Shown here one piece after another: positions 9,404-19,229 of a stretch of DNA of 64,000 nt (positions are counted from its first letter, which is position 1; each line of letters begins with the position of its first letter). This stretch comes from a virus (taxonomy: Duplodnaviria; Caudoviricetes). The stretch lies in the IMG/VR virus record IMGVR_UViG_3300028048_000042, one strand, 5' to 3'. A model generated the notes under the pieces. It was not told where the DNA came from and searched no databases. It worked only from the letters and a program-made list of their open reading frames with translations. A program made the position numbers and the translations under genes.

Positions 9404-10323
9404 TTATTATTAACAATACAGAAGGTAGGATTGAAGATTACGTTGAAAGTAATGATGGTGTCGTTTTATTTGGTAATAAAAAAGTTGACATTAACGTATT
9501 GAAAGATAGTCCTACGTTAAATAAAGTTGGGAAGAAAATTGCTACAGCGAAGTTGGTTAAGTTAGTCCCTAAAGAAAAAGATTTTTTGTATATTCGAAAT
9601 CGTGCAGTTTCAGCAGGTAATGTTATTGAAAAAGAAGATGGCACATGTGATTTAGTTCCGATTGAGGAATTTCACAATAATTTTGGCAAATATGCTTTTA
9701 TTTGCCGTGGTGCAAATGATAACGGTGATTTCTTTTCTCATGAAGAATTAGAGAAAAAATATAAGACCTTTATTGGTAAGGCTGTTTTCTATGAGCATGA
9801 TGATGATAACATTAATAAAGCTCGTGGTATTATTCTTGATTCCATTTATAATACAAATGGTTATTACGTTGAATTATTTGAAGCAATTGACGCAAAAGCT
9901 TATCCACAGTTAGCAACTGCTGTAAAAAATGGTCATTTGACAGATACTTCTATGGGATGCTATATTGGAAAAGCAATTTGTTCCATTTGTGGCAATGTTT
10001 CCAAAGAAGTAAATCCTGAAGAGGGAATGGATGACCGTTGCGAACACATTAAACGTTATAAAGGTTTAACTTATAATGGTTTGCCTGTTTTTGAAGATAA
10101 TCGTGATGTTGTTTTCTTTGAAGATAGTATCGTTGGTACAGGTGCGGATTCGCAAGCAAAGATTATGGAACGTGTTGCAAGCAAGAAAAATCAATCAGGT
10201 ATTATTCTTCCTCAGTATTATCAGAAGAAAAACGATGTTTTCGCAAAAGAACAGAATCAGCGTACATTCCAAGGTCGTGTGCACAATCTTGAAAATAAAT
10301 TCAGTGAATTGCCTTGGTCATAA
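9400..10323 (+). CDS. Prohead (capsid maturation) protease
   Basis: NxNGDFF..EL...Y.TFIGK.VF.EH....ARGIILD, TSMGC...CSICG...CEHI, F.E.S.V..GAD..A motifs of herpes/HK97-fold (S78-like) prohead proteases of large phages; between portal and capsid. Confidence 0.8.
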   Translation: MIIINNTEGRIEDYVESNDGVVLFGNKKVDINVLKDSPTLNKVGKKIATAKLVKLVPKEKDFLYIRNRAVSAGNVIEKEDGTCDLVPIEEFHNNFGKYAFICRGANDNGDFFSHEELEKKYKTFIGKAVFYEHDDDNINKARGIILDSIYNTNGYYVELFEAIDAKAYPQLATAVKNGHLTDTSMGCYIGKAICSICGNVSKEVNPEEGMDDRCEHIKRYKGLTYNGLPVFEDNRDVVFFEDSIVGTGADSQAKIMERVASKKNQSGIILPQYYQKKNDVFAKEQNQRTFQGRVHNLENKFSELPWS

Positions 10324-10352
10324 AAAAAGGAGCAGATTAATCTGCTCCTTTT
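10324..10352. terminator. Bidirectional intrinsic terminator
   Basis: AAAAAAGGAGCAGA-ttaa-TCTGCTCCTTTTT between convergent genes. Confidence 0.85.
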
Positions 10353-10669
10353 TCATATATAAGTTCTAATTGTGTTTGAGATGTGCGTAAAAAGATTCTA
10401 TTTGCACCTTGTTTTTTAAATGCATTAATAATGTCATCTTTCATCATATTGTTAAGTATACGTAAATTTTCAACAATGAAGTCGTTATTAATCTGATGAA
10501 AAAAACAAAAATGATATTGGAAGGGGTTGTAATAAAATTTTCTTAGTGCAAGAGTATGTGTTTTTCCTTTGTATATTTTCCCTTTTGAAAATACACCTGC
10601 ACAATCTCTTGTATTTAAATCAAGAATATCAATATTGAATTCTTTTTGTATTGTTGTCATTATAATCAC
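10337..10669 (-). CDS. Stand-alone RD...TH...FxH domain protein (paralogue of domains in 10754 and 19403 genes)
   Basis: Own sigma-A promoter and RBS (GAGGAG on - strand); motif similarity to two + strand genes. Confidence 0.7.
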   Translation of the reverse strand: MIIMTTIQKEFNIDILDLNTRDCAGVFSKGKIYKGKTHTLALRKFYYNPFQYHFCFFHQINNDFIVENLRILNNMMKDDIINAFKKQGANRIFLRTSQTQLELIYEKGAD

Positions 10670-10685
10670 TCCTCACTCTATTTAG

Positions 10686-10714
10686 ATTTTAGCATAGAAG
10701 ATAAAATTTGTCAA
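10686..10714 (-). promoter_or_regulatory. Sigma-A/sigma70-type promoter
   Basis: Minus strand TTGACA-17 bp-TAAAAT with extended -10 TG. Confidence 0.8.
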
Positions 10715-10753
10715 CATTTTTTTAATATAAAAAATAAAAGGCGGTATGATTAA

Positions 10754-11821
10754 ATGAATAAGAGATTGATTGCGGATAGAGCAGATATTCTTAAAAATGG
10801 ATATGAAGATTTAGTTGATGTAATTAATGATTCTTCAGAAGATGCAGTTAAAGAAGATTTTTTCAGTGTTATTAAAAAGAATTTCCCTGCAAAAACTTTT
10901 GTAGAAGCTACTTTAAAGCAGGGTGCGGCAACGCAGAATGAAATCAATAAAGAAACACTGATGAATAAGTTACCACAGTATTTGAAAGATACAGCGCATT
11001 TATATTATCAGAAATTCTACAAAAAACGTTTAATTGATGACGAAATCGCTTGTGAACCAAAAGATAAAATCTTTAAGCAAGCTGTTGAAAAGTTTTCTTC
11101 GGAAATTGTATTGAACGAAGAGTTGGGTAAAATGGTAGAAGATGCCATTAATGACGAAAGTGTTCAAGAACGTTATTTTAAACATGAAGAAAAGCCAAAA
11201 GAAAAAGAAAAATCAAAGGACAAAAAGCAAAACAATGAAGAGTTATCTTATGAGGAAGAAATTGAACAAACTGTCAAAAAACGAGGGGTTATACCATTTG
11301 GTGTTTTAAAAGATTTAGATGAACCTGTTGGAACAACAGGCATTCCAATTATGCCTGTTGATGTTGGGCGTAGAGATTATCCTTTTATTGTTATGGACAA
11401 TTCTATTTTCGTTAAAGGAACGTCAAAAGATAGCCATTCAACTGCATTGCATGAATGGGCAGAAAAACATAAAAATGACAAAACGGAATTAGGAAAAAAA
11501 CTTAAAGAAATTTATGATAAAAATGATGATGATTGGTATCGTGAGAATGCAATAGCTGCTCTTGCAAAAGCAGGAGTGACTAAATTAGCTTTCGGTCACG
11601 TTCGTGAAGATATGGCTTTTGTTGATACATGTGATGGATGTACAGCCGATGATGTAAAAAGTGTTGTAAAAAGTGGCACAGGAGTTTCCAAGGTTTATGA
11701 TGTAACAAAACATATGTCTTACGGTGCTTGGAGTGGAGTTCGTGTAGCTAGATTAATTCCTAATTACAATAAAGAAATGCATAATTCGGCTATTGAAGAA
11801 ATGAAAAAATTTAAGCATTAA
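10754..11821 (+). CDS. MNKRLIA-tagged protein with C-terminal RD...SH...FGH domain
   Basis: RBS AGGCGGT; tag; domain shared with 19403..20569. Confidence 0.75.
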   Translation: MNKRLIADRADILKNGYEDLVDVINDSSEDAVKEDFFSVIKKNFPAKTFVEATLKQGAATQNEINKETLMNKLPQYLKDTAHLYYQKFYKKRLIDDEIACEPKDKIFKQAVEKFSSEIVLNEELGKMVEDAINDESVQERYFKHEEKPKEKEKSKDKKQNNEELSYEEEIEQTVKKRGVIPFGVLKDLDEPVGTTGIPIMPVDVGRRDYPFIVMDNSIFVKGTSKDSHSTALHEWAEKHKNDKTELGKKLKEIYDKNDDDWYRENAIAALAKAGVTKLAFGHVREDMAFVDTCDGCTADDVKSVVKSGTGVSKVYDVTKHMSYGAWSGVRVARLIPNYNKEMHNSAIEEMKKFKH

Positions 11822-11853
11822 AAAAAAAGAAGTGGAATATTCCACTTCTTTTT
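11822..11853 (+). terminator. Intrinsic terminator
   Basis: AAAAAGAAGTGG-aatatt-CCACTTCTTTTT. Confidence 0.85.
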
Positions 11854-11915
11854 CAAAAAATGTGATTAAAACGAATTGTAAAGTTATATTTATTTAGTAA
11901 GGCGGTGACAAAATA

Positions 11916-12404
11916 ATGAAACGATTAATCGCAGATAATAGCAAATCAATTGAACAGATGATTAAGAGTACGGCTGTTGAAGGTCGTGAGATTTTGAAAT
12001 CTTTGGAACAATTTAAATTTGAATTGGAACAATGTGTAAAGATTTCGGTAAATGAAGATATTAATAGTAAAATACATCAACATTATGATATGGTAGATAA
12101 ATTAATGTCAGGTTTATATACTATTTGTTATGATATGGAAAACGTTGATTTAGTGCCTGTTTATGATAATGACCAAATTGATATGAGTAATCAAGATTCT
12201 CCTGATAGTGATAATGCAGGTTATAAATTGGGTGAGGAATATCCACTACCTGAAGATGAAAACGCTGACGAAGAAACTAATAATGAATCTTCAGAAAATG
12301 AATCTAGTGACGAAGAATCATCAGATACAGAGACAGATGAAAATGATTCTGAAAATGAAAGTGAGGAAAAAGGAGAAGAAAGTTCCGACACTGAAGAAGA
12401 GTAA
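11916..12404 (+). CDS. MKRLIA-tagged helical protein with acidic tail (candidate core/internal protein)
   Basis: RBS AAGGCGGTGA; tag; E/S/D-rich C-terminus. Confidence 0.75.
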   Translation: MKRLIADNSKSIEQMIKSTAVEGREILKSLEQFKFELEQCVKISVNEDINSKIHQHYDMVDKLMSGLYTICYDMENVDLVPVYDNDQIDMSNQDSPDSDNAGYKLGEEYPLPEDENADEETNNESSENESSDEESSDTETDENDSENESEEKGEESSDTEEE

Positions 12405-12429
12405 TTGATACATAGGAAGGATTGATAAC

Positions 12430-13164
12430 ATGAAATTGAAGGTTGTAAAACCTAAACCAAAATATTATAAGATTTCATATGCTATGTTGAGTTATCATTT
12501 GGAAAAAGAAACGCCACAGGAAGAAGAACAAGATGTTGTGGAGAAACCTGTGGTAAAAAAAGCGACCACACAATTTGCTACAAAATATGAAAAATTAGTG
12601 GATATGGCAATTACTAAAGGCTTGGTGGAGGAAGATGAACGAGAAACAAAAGTCTTAGAATTGCAATGTTTATCCGAAGAAGATTTTGATGAATATGCAA
12701 AAGAGGTTGAAGATGCAGTTTCTGCGAAAGTTGGTAGTATTACTGACAAAGAACCTGAGTTTGAAGAAGGTATGACAGAAGCAGAAAAAACTTTAGCGAA
12801 AATTCGTGCTACAGGTTCAGCACCAATTATGACAGATTTTTCAGGTGCTAGTGAAGATATGTTATTGGGTGATGAATCATCAGGCTCACGTTCGTTGGCA
12901 GATATTAAGCAAGATAGATTGATGGCGCAAGCTATGGAATCAATGACGATTAAAAACGATACTCAATTACTTCAAGATGCAATGGGAGATTTGGCTGACA
13001 AATTACATAAAAATAAAGCAACGGCAAATGCTAAATCTCCAATGTCAGGTTTAAAAGGATTGACTAAACCAATTGTTGTTCCACAACAACAGCAATTTGG
13101 GTATAGAGGTAATTCTTGGGCAGATAAATTAGCAGGCTTGAATTGGTCTTCAGGAAGTAGGTAA
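12430..13164 (+). CDS. Putative scaffolding protein
   Basis: Acidic, helical, between protease and capsid genes; C-terminal KLAGLNWS similar to protease C-terminal KFSELPWS. Confidence 0.55.
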   Translation: MKLKVVKPKPKYYKISYAMLSYHLEKETPQEEEQDVVEKPVVKKATTQFATKYEKLVDMAITKGLVEEDERETKVLELQCLSEEDFDEYAKEVEDAVSAKVGSITDKEPEFEEGMTEAEKTLAKIRATGSAPIMTDFSGASEDMLLGDESSGSRSLADIKQDRLMAQAMESMTIKNDTQLLQDAMGDLADKLHKNKATANAKSPMSGLKGLTKPIVVPQQQQFGYRGNSWADKLAGLNWSSGSR

Positions 13165-13167
13165 ATA

Positions 13168-14247
13168 ATGATTAAATATTTTTCAAATAAGGTTGATTGG
13201 CTTAGTGTAAGACGTAATGTTATTAAATGGGTTGAAGAAAATCTTGATAGCAATGCTTTTTTACATGGCAAAGCGTCAAGAGAATTTGCAGATAGAATTA
13301 AAAACTTTATCGGTAGTAAATATTGTGTTTTGACGAAATCAGGCACTCAGGCTTTAGCTGTAGCATTAAAAAGTTGTGGCGTTGGACAAGGTGACTATGT
13401 TATTACAACTCCATTTACTTTCATTGCTACAATTAATGCAATTAAATTGGTTGGAGCAGAACCAATCTTTGTAGATATTAAAGAAGATACTTTTAATATT
13501 GATGAAAATAAGATTGAGGAAAAAATTACTGATAAAGTAAAGGCAATTATGCCTGTGGATATTTTTGGTAATCCTTGCAATTATGATGCAATTTTGGCTA
13601 TTGCAAAGAAGCATAATCTGAAAGTTATTGATGATATGTGTCAGGCAATGACAGCAGAATATAATGGTAAAAAGTTAGGTAGTTTTTGTGATGCTTCATG
13701 TGTATCATTCTATCCAACTAAACCTTTTGGTGGGTTTGGCGAAGGTGGAGCAATATTCACCAATGATGATGAAATCTATAAAATGGCAAATTCTTATTTA
13801 GACCACGGTTCAGATGGTAATGCTAATTGCGTAATTGATGGAACAAATGGCGCATTTGATATGATACATGGTGTTTTCTTAAATGAAAAAGCAAAAATGA
13901 TGTTACCACAAGTATTGAAAAAGAGAAATGAATTAGCCCAAATTTATCATCAAATGGAAGGTGTAACTTGGCAAAAACAAGAACCAAATGCTGTAAGTGC
14001 TTGGTGTAGAATGCAGGGTGCTTTCGATTGCGAAGAAAATTTTGAATTAGCAAAGACTATATTTGAATTTGATGATTGTTATTCAAGAGATATTTGTGAT
14101 AATACTTTATATGCTCAATATCGAGAAGAAAATCCTGTATCTGCAAAAATCGCACATACATATGTTAGTTTTCCTATGTATACCTATCTTGCTGTCAAAG
14201 ATTTAAAAGATGCAGTGGAAAAATTTAACTCTTTGAGAAAAAAATAA
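13168..14247 (+). CDS. DegT/DnrJ/EryC1/StrS PLP-dependent nucleotide-sugar aminotransferase
   Basis: SGTQAL, GDYVITTPFTFIAT, GAEPIFVDI, VIDDMCQA, SFYPTKPFGGFGEGGA (catalytic Lys). Confidence 0.95.
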   Translation: MIKYFSNKVDWLSVRRNVIKWVEENLDSNAFLHGKASREFADRIKNFIGSKYCVLTKSGTQALAVALKSCGVGQGDYVITTPFTFIATINAIKLVGAEPIFVDIKEDTFNIDENKIEEKITDKVKAIMPVDIFGNPCNYDAILAIAKKHNLKVIDDMCQAMTAEYNGKKLGSFCDASCVSFYPTKPFGGFGEGGAIFTNDDEIYKMANSYLDHGSDGNANCVIDGTNGAFDMIHGVFLNEKAKMMLPQVLKKRNELAQIYHQMEGVTWQKQEPNAVSAWCRMQGAFDCEENFELAKTIFEFDDCYSRDICDNTLYAQYREENPVSAKIAHTYVSFPMYTYLAVKDLKDAVEKFNSLRKK

Positions 14248-14256
14248 AAATTTTTA

Positions 14257-14294
14257 AAAATACGCAAATATTTATTAATTTTTTGCGTATTTTT
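14257..14294 (+). terminator. Intrinsic terminator
   Basis: AAAATACGCAAA...TTTGCGTATTTT. Confidence 0.75.
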
Positions 14295-14523
14295 AATTTA
14301 GAAAGCGTTAAGAAAAACGTTCAAAAAAAATGTGCGTAGGTGTAATAAACGACATTTTTGAGTGTATTTTTTTAATGTCAAAGAAGAAAAAAGAAAGTGT
14401 CAGTCAGACAAAACAACTTATTATAATTTATTAACGTTTACAGCAATTATCACGTTTTGTGGGCTACACTTCTTATAATACAAAAAATTTAGTTTAAAGA
14501 AAATTATGGAGGTGTATCTTCTA

Positions 14524-15030
14524 ATGGCAGGTGGAAATTTTATTTTTAAGCCAACTGCGGATTCTACAGAGTATGTCCGTGCTGCTTATGAAGGTGTAAT
14601 TAATGGTCTTTATGACGTAAATGTTGCAAAGGCAAAAGAAGTTAAAGGCGAACTCGCAGGTAAATTTGCTGCAATCGCTGCTGATGGTACTGTAACTCTT
14701 GCAGGTGATAAGGGTAAAGGTGCTGTTGGTCTTATTCGTGAAGATTTGATTGATATGGAAAACGCTTCTGCTAAAGCATCATTCTATATGCTTGGCATGG
14801 GCGGTGAATATCACGTTTCTGCAAAACGTCTTGGTGCAGATATTTCTACTTTCAAAGTTGGTGAGGAAATCACTACAAATGCTGACGGTGCTATTGTTCC
14901 TGCAGCTGCAGGCGATAAGGTACTTGGCACTGTGGTTTCTGTTGGTGAGTTCCGTATGGGTAATATGAAGGAATGGGCAGGCACAGAAGCTAACGGCGGT
15001 CTTTTCCTTGGTTTCATTATGCATGTTTAA
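14524..15030 (+). CDS. Capsid cement/decoration protein
   Basis: RBS GGAGGTG, start moved to ATG 14524; small G/A/V-rich beta protein immediately upstream of major capsid, highly biased codons. Confidence 0.7.
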   Translation: MAGGNFIFKPTADSTEYVRAAYEGVINGLYDVNVAKAKEVKGELAGKFAAIAADGTVTLAGDKGKGAVGLIREDLIDMENASAKASFYMLGMGGEYHVSAKRLGADISTFKVGEEITTNADGAIVPAAAGDKVLGTVVSVGEFRMGNMKEWAGTEANGGLFLGFIMHV

Positions 15031-15052
15031 TTAGTAGGAGGTAAAAAGAATT

Positions 15053-15898
15053 ATGGCTATGACTCAAGAAGAACAGGAATTCCTTATCTCCGAAGCATTG
15101 GAGACAAGTGAAGGTCGTGCGGCATTGGCTTCCTCAATGGCTAACCCAATCCGTACATCATTGGATTATCAGGGTATCGCTCGTAAATTGCTCGTAGTAG
15201 ATGCTCTCCCACAGGGTGCTCTCCCTGTTTATGACCGTGATGTTGATGCGAAAGCATTCATCATCTCTAAGCGTGGTCAAGCTCCTGACCAGCTCATTGA
15301 AGGCGAACGTGTTCAGGTTCCAACCTTTGAGATTGTTTCTCACCCACTCGTTCGTTTCTCTCAGATTAAGGAGCGTCGTTTCAACATCATTGACCGTGCA
15401 CAGCAGCGTGCTAAGTCTGATATTATGGCTGTTGAGGATGAAACTGTATTCTCCCTTATCGACAGTGCAGCTTCTGCTGTTAATACTGTAACGGTTTCTA
15501 AAGGTGCTCTTACTCGTGATGCTCTTACAACTGCTTTTAAAGAAGTTGAAAAGCATGACCTCCCTGTTACAAAGATTGTTATGAACGCTCAGGCTTTTGC
15601 TGACATCCGTAAATGGGGTCAGAATGAGTTTGACCCTGTTACTCAGCACGAAGTTCTTCAGACTGGTAACTTCGGTCATCTTTGGACAGCAGAAATTCTT
15701 ATTTCTAAGAAAGTTCCTGCAAATACAGTCTATGTTATGTCCGACCCTGAGTTCGTAGGCGTTATGCCTGTTCGTCAGGATATTCAGGTAATTCCTGCTG
15801 ACGAGCCTGAAAAACTTCGTGTAGGTTGGGTTGTATACGAGGAAATCGGTATGTCTGTACTCAATGCACAGGCAGTTGCTAAGATTGAAATTCAGTAA
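15053..15898 (+). CDS. Major capsid protein (HK97 fold)
   Basis: RBS AGGAGGT; LASSMANPIRTSLDYQGIARKLLVVDALPQGALPVYD, PTFEI, G.LWTAEI, GWVVYEEIG patterns; strongest codon bias in the window. Confidence 0.9.
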   Translation: MAMTQEEQEFLISEALETSEGRAALASSMANPIRTSLDYQGIARKLLVVDALPQGALPVYDRDVDAKAFIISKRGQAPDQLIEGERVQVPTFEIVSHPLVRFSQIKERRFNIIDRAQQRAKSDIMAVEDETVFSLIDSAASAVNTVTVSKGALTRDALTTAFKEVEKHDLPVTKIVMNAQAFADIRKWGQNEFDPVTQHEVLQTGNFGHLWTAEILISKKVPANTVYVMSDPEFVGVMPVRQDIQVIPADEPEKLRVGWVVYEEIGMSVLNAQAVAKIEIQ

Positions 15899-15918
15899 TT
15901 GATTTCTATATAAAATAA

Positions 15919-15953
15919 AAAAAAGACTAGAAATGTTTCTAGTCTTTTTTTTT
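15919..15953 (+). terminator. Intrinsic terminator after major capsid gene
   Basis: AAAAAGACTAGAAA-tg-TTTCTAGTCTTTTTTT. Confidence 0.85.
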
Positions 15954-15996
15954 GTCGTTTCTATATATAATATGTGTAAAAAAAAGGAAGATAAAC

Positions 15997-17259
15997 ATGG
16001 GAAAAAGTATATGCGTTGTCGGTTGTGGATATGTTGGTTTGCAATTGGCATTAGCTTTTCAAAAGCACATTCAGGTATATTGTGTAGATATTAACGAAGC
16101 AAGGATTGAAGCTTTCAAAAAAGGCATTGATAATACAGGTACAGTAGCTTTTTGTAATGCAGAAGAAGAATTTAAAAATATTAAATTTGAAACGGATATT
16201 AAGGCTGTGCCAACAAATATTGATACATTTATTGTATGTGTGCCAACTCCTGTTGATGAAACACATACGCCAAATTTAACTGCTACAAAAAGTGCTTCAA
16301 GTAGTGTGGCGAATGTCTTAAAAAAAGGTGATTTGGTTGTATTTGAATCGACAGTAGCTCCATTTACAACTGAAAAGATTTGTGTTCCTATTTTGGAAAA
16401 AGAATCAGGATTAAAATGTGGTGATGATTTTTGTGTAGGGTATTCACCTGAACGTTTACAACCTGGCACAAAAGGTAAAGGAATTTTGGAGATTGTAAAA
16501 CTTGTATCAGGTTACGATAAAACATCATTAGAACGAGTGTATAAGTTGTATAATACTATTTTGCCTGATGATATGTTGTGTTGTTGCAATACAATGGCTG
16601 AAGCAGAATTGTCAAAAATAATGGAGAACGTTAATCGTGATGTAAATATTGCATTAATGAATTATTTTAAGTTGGTTTGCGATAGATACGGTATTGATTA
16701 TGAAAATGTATTTAATGCCGCCGCCACAAAATTCAATTTTAATCAAAATGTTACGTATGGTATGGTTGGTGGACATTGTATTGGTGTTGACCCATATTAT
16801 TTAATTGATTTTTGTCAGAAAGACAAAGACTTTTATGATGAACAAAAAGACATTTTGCTAACTGCAAGAAGAATTAATGAATATATGCCTTATTATTTAG
16901 CAAAGAAAGTTCACAAAGCACTTGGCGAAACAGGTGAAGGAAAAGTAACAATTGTTGGTTTTACATTTAAAGAGTATTGCAGTGATACACGCAATACTAA
17001 AGCATATGATTTATATAAACACTTGCTTGATTTCGGATATGATGTTGCTATTTATGACCCTAAAGCAGATGCAACCGAAGCAAAAATTTTGTATAATGTT
17101 GATATTTTGCAAGAAGAAATGCCGAATAACAATGATTGCATTGTATTTACTTTGAATGATATTGAATTAGTTGATTTTGATGTAGATAAAAAATTGGCTA
17201 ATGGTGGAGTAATTGTTGATTTTAAAAATGTTTTAACAAAGAAAAAAAGTATTAATTAA
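15997..17259 (+). CDS. UDP-glucose/GDP-mannose dehydrogenase family nucleotide-sugar dehydrogenase (UDP-HexNAc 6-dehydrogenase-like)
   Basis: VVGCGYVG Rossmann, ICVPTP, FESTVAP, YSPER, AELSKIMENVNRDVNIA, GGHCIGVDPYYL, GFTFKE..D.RN; start moved to ATG 15997. Confidence 0.95.
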   Translation: MGKSICVVGCGYVGLQLALAFQKHIQVYCVDINEARIEAFKKGIDNTGTVAFCNAEEEFKNIKFETDIKAVPTNIDTFIVCVPTPVDETHTPNLTATKSASSSVANVLKKGDLVVFESTVAPFTTEKICVPILEKESGLKCGDDFCVGYSPERLQPGTKGKGILEIVKLVSGYDKTSLERVYKLYNTILPDDMLCCCNTMAEAELSKIMENVNRDVNIALMNYFKLVCDRYGIDYENVFNAAATKFNFNQNVTYGMVGGHCIGVDPYYLIDFCQKDKDFYDEQKDILLTARRINEYMPYYLAKKVHKALGETGEGKVTIVGFTFKEYCSDTRNTKAYDLYKHLLDFGYDVAIYDPKADATEAKILYNVDILQEEMPNNNDCIVFTLNDIELVDFDVDKKLANGGVIVDFKNVLTKKKSIN

Positions 17260-17336
17260 TATCTCTGAGAAAATATGAATAGCTAAGAACAATCTGTATA
17301 TTTAATATATAGAAAAATTTAATGGTGGTGAATCAA

Positions 17337-17876
17337 ATGCCAATTATATTGCAATCCTCTGAGGACAGCCTGATAACCCCTCTGAGCGATTCAGAGAGGG
17401 ATTTGGTACATAAGTTAAGGGCAATGCTAAAAGACGTTCCTGACGAGCAATTTCGCAGTTTAAATACGCTTGTAGAAAAACAAAGAGGGCAGCGTTGGTC
17501 AGATGAATTATTGCTTGTGTATTTGCAAACAGCAATTGCAGATATAAATGCAGAACCACCTTTCACAGCCTATACATTAACAGGTGTTCCTGTTAGTTGG
17601 CATGGCTGTATTCTTACAGGTGCTTTCATTATGACTCTTATGGGTGAAGCAGTTGTACAGAATGGTGAATCATTTAGTTATTCTGACAATGGTATATCTT
17701 TGAATATCAATCAAGCGGCAGGTTACTTATCCATTGCACAAGCAATGCTTAGTGCATATGCAACTCAGAAGAAAAATCTTAAAACAGCGATTCGTCCTCA
17801 TGCAGCAGGTATTATTGGAAGTCCTGCTCCTGTTAGAATTAGGTCTTATGCACCAAGAATGTGGGTATATCGCTAA
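17337..17876 (+). CDS. Putative head-tail adaptor (head completion) protein
   Basis: Helical, LRAML.D...WSDE.L..YL..AIADIN..PP.T and FSYSDNGISL patterns of adaptor proteins; downstream of capsid. Confidence 0.6.
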   Translation: MPIILQSSEDSLITPLSDSERDLVHKLRAMLKDVPDEQFRSLNTLVEKQRGQRWSDELLLVYLQTAIADINAEPPFTAYTLTGVPVSWHGCILTGAFIMTLMGEAVVQNGESFSYSDNGISLNINQAAGYLSIAQAMLSAYATQKKNLKTAIRPHAAGIIGSPAPVRIRSYAPRMWVYR

Positions 17877-17885
17877 ATTTTTTAC

Positions 17886-17916
17886 AAAAGACATGATTTA
17901 TTTCATGTCTTTTTTT
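17886..17916 (+). terminator. Intrinsic terminator
   Basis: AAAAGACATGA-tttatt-TCATGTCTTTT. Confidence 0.75.
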
Positions 17917-17945
17917 ATACTTTATTTAGAAAGGATTTGATTTGT

Positions 17946-18794
17946 ATGGTTCAAGTGTTGATTTATTATCCTTATTTAGATGGGACTTCAACATCTTTAA
18001 TTGATACTTATTATAATTTGAAAAGTTTTGGTGTAGATATTGAATGTTACGTGGCGGTAGATACTTCAGATATGAAACGTAATCTTGAATATATTCAAAC
18101 ATTGAAAAAGAGTGCGCCGAAAGATTTTTATTATAAAACTATACCTTTAAAAGAAATTTATAATAAAAATTTTGATAATTTGATTATGTCTTTTGGTATA
18201 TTCAGATTTGTTGATAAATTACCAACCAATTATAATCATTTATTTTTATTAGATGCAGGTAGAGTTGCATATGACCATTTTGTAGGAAAATCACAATGTG
18301 CAAATTATGTAAAAAAAATGCAAAATGTCAGTATTTATGGTGGAAAAGCAAATGGTAATTTTTTAAATATTGATAATTATAAAATTTGGTATCACAAATT
18401 TAGTAAGGAACGTTTTGAAGTATTGAAGCATTTACCTCAAAATGAAAATATTACAACAACACAAGACAGAGAAAAGACAGGGAACATTAAATATGATTAT
18501 TTGCTGACTAGCGAATATCATTATAATCGTTATAAACGTTGGGGAGAATTTGTCGGTGGTTATTGGGAAAATATTGGTAAAATGGTTTTTGAATTCCCTG
18601 CTTTAGGCAAAAAGGTTTTTTATTCTCCAAAAAATAAAAATTGTGATGATGGATTAACGGAATATTTGGCTTTGTTTGGAATAAATGATGAAGTAGAACA
18701 AGAAATAAAAATTTCTGAAGAACAATTGTTTAAAGTTTTGGGAATGCATGAAGATGACGTTTTGTTAAACGATATAAGGAATTACGAAAAATGA
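17946..18794 (+). CDS. Hypothetical protein, possible glycosyltransferase-fold; paralogue of 42156..43055
   Basis: Shared L.G..TS..D..YNLK.F and ENIGK..FEF..LGK...YSPKNK...DGL.E motifs. Confidence 0.55.
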   Translation: MVQVLIYYPYLDGTSTSLIDTYYNLKSFGVDIECYVAVDTSDMKRNLEYIQTLKKSAPKDFYYKTIPLKEIYNKNFDNLIMSFGIFRFVDKLPTNYNHLFLLDAGRVAYDHFVGKSQCANYVKKMQNVSIYGGKANGNFLNIDNYKIWYHKFSKERFEVLKHLPQNENITTTQDREKTGNIKYDYLLTSEYHYNRYKRWGEFVGGYWENIGKMVFEFPALGKKVFYSPKNKNCDDGLTEYLALFGINDEVEQEIKISEEQLFKVLGMHEDDVLLNDIRNYEK

Positions 18795-19228
18795 TTGATA
18801 GTGTAAGGTTAAAAACAAGAGTTCAGCGAGTGATGGATAAAATTTTTGAATTCGCTGATGGAAAAGATATAACATTCTATTCTTATAAAGGGAAGTATTT
18901 TATTCCTTTGAAAGATTTTTGTGATGGTTTGGTAGACTCTTTTGAGGTTGACAAAACAAACGTAAAACATATTGTTTATTTTAAGAATTATAAAAAACGT
19001 GATGCATGTGTAATGTTTACATTGCTTTTAAATGATGAACAGATTAATGATGTGAATTATCAATATGATAACATGAGTAATTACGTTAGTAGTTCAAATA
19101 ATAATGTGGATGCTTTGAAAATTGTTTTAAATTGTCAATATACAAATTATTCAGAGTTTTTAAAAATAATTTTATCTATGATAGGTGACTATTTGAAATT
19201 GAAAAATAATAATGGAAGGGGCTTCTAA
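18791..19228 (+). CDS. Hypothetical protein
   Basis: ATGA overlap with upstream gene. Confidence 0.65.
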   Translation: MIDSVRLKTRVQRVMDKIFEFADGKDITFYSYKGKYFIPLKDFCDGLVDSFEVDKTNVKHIVYFKNYKKRDACVMFTLLLNDEQINDVNYQYDNMSNYVSSSNNNVDALKIVLNCQYTNYSEFLKIILSMIGDYLKLKNNNGRGF

Positions 19229-19229
19229 T

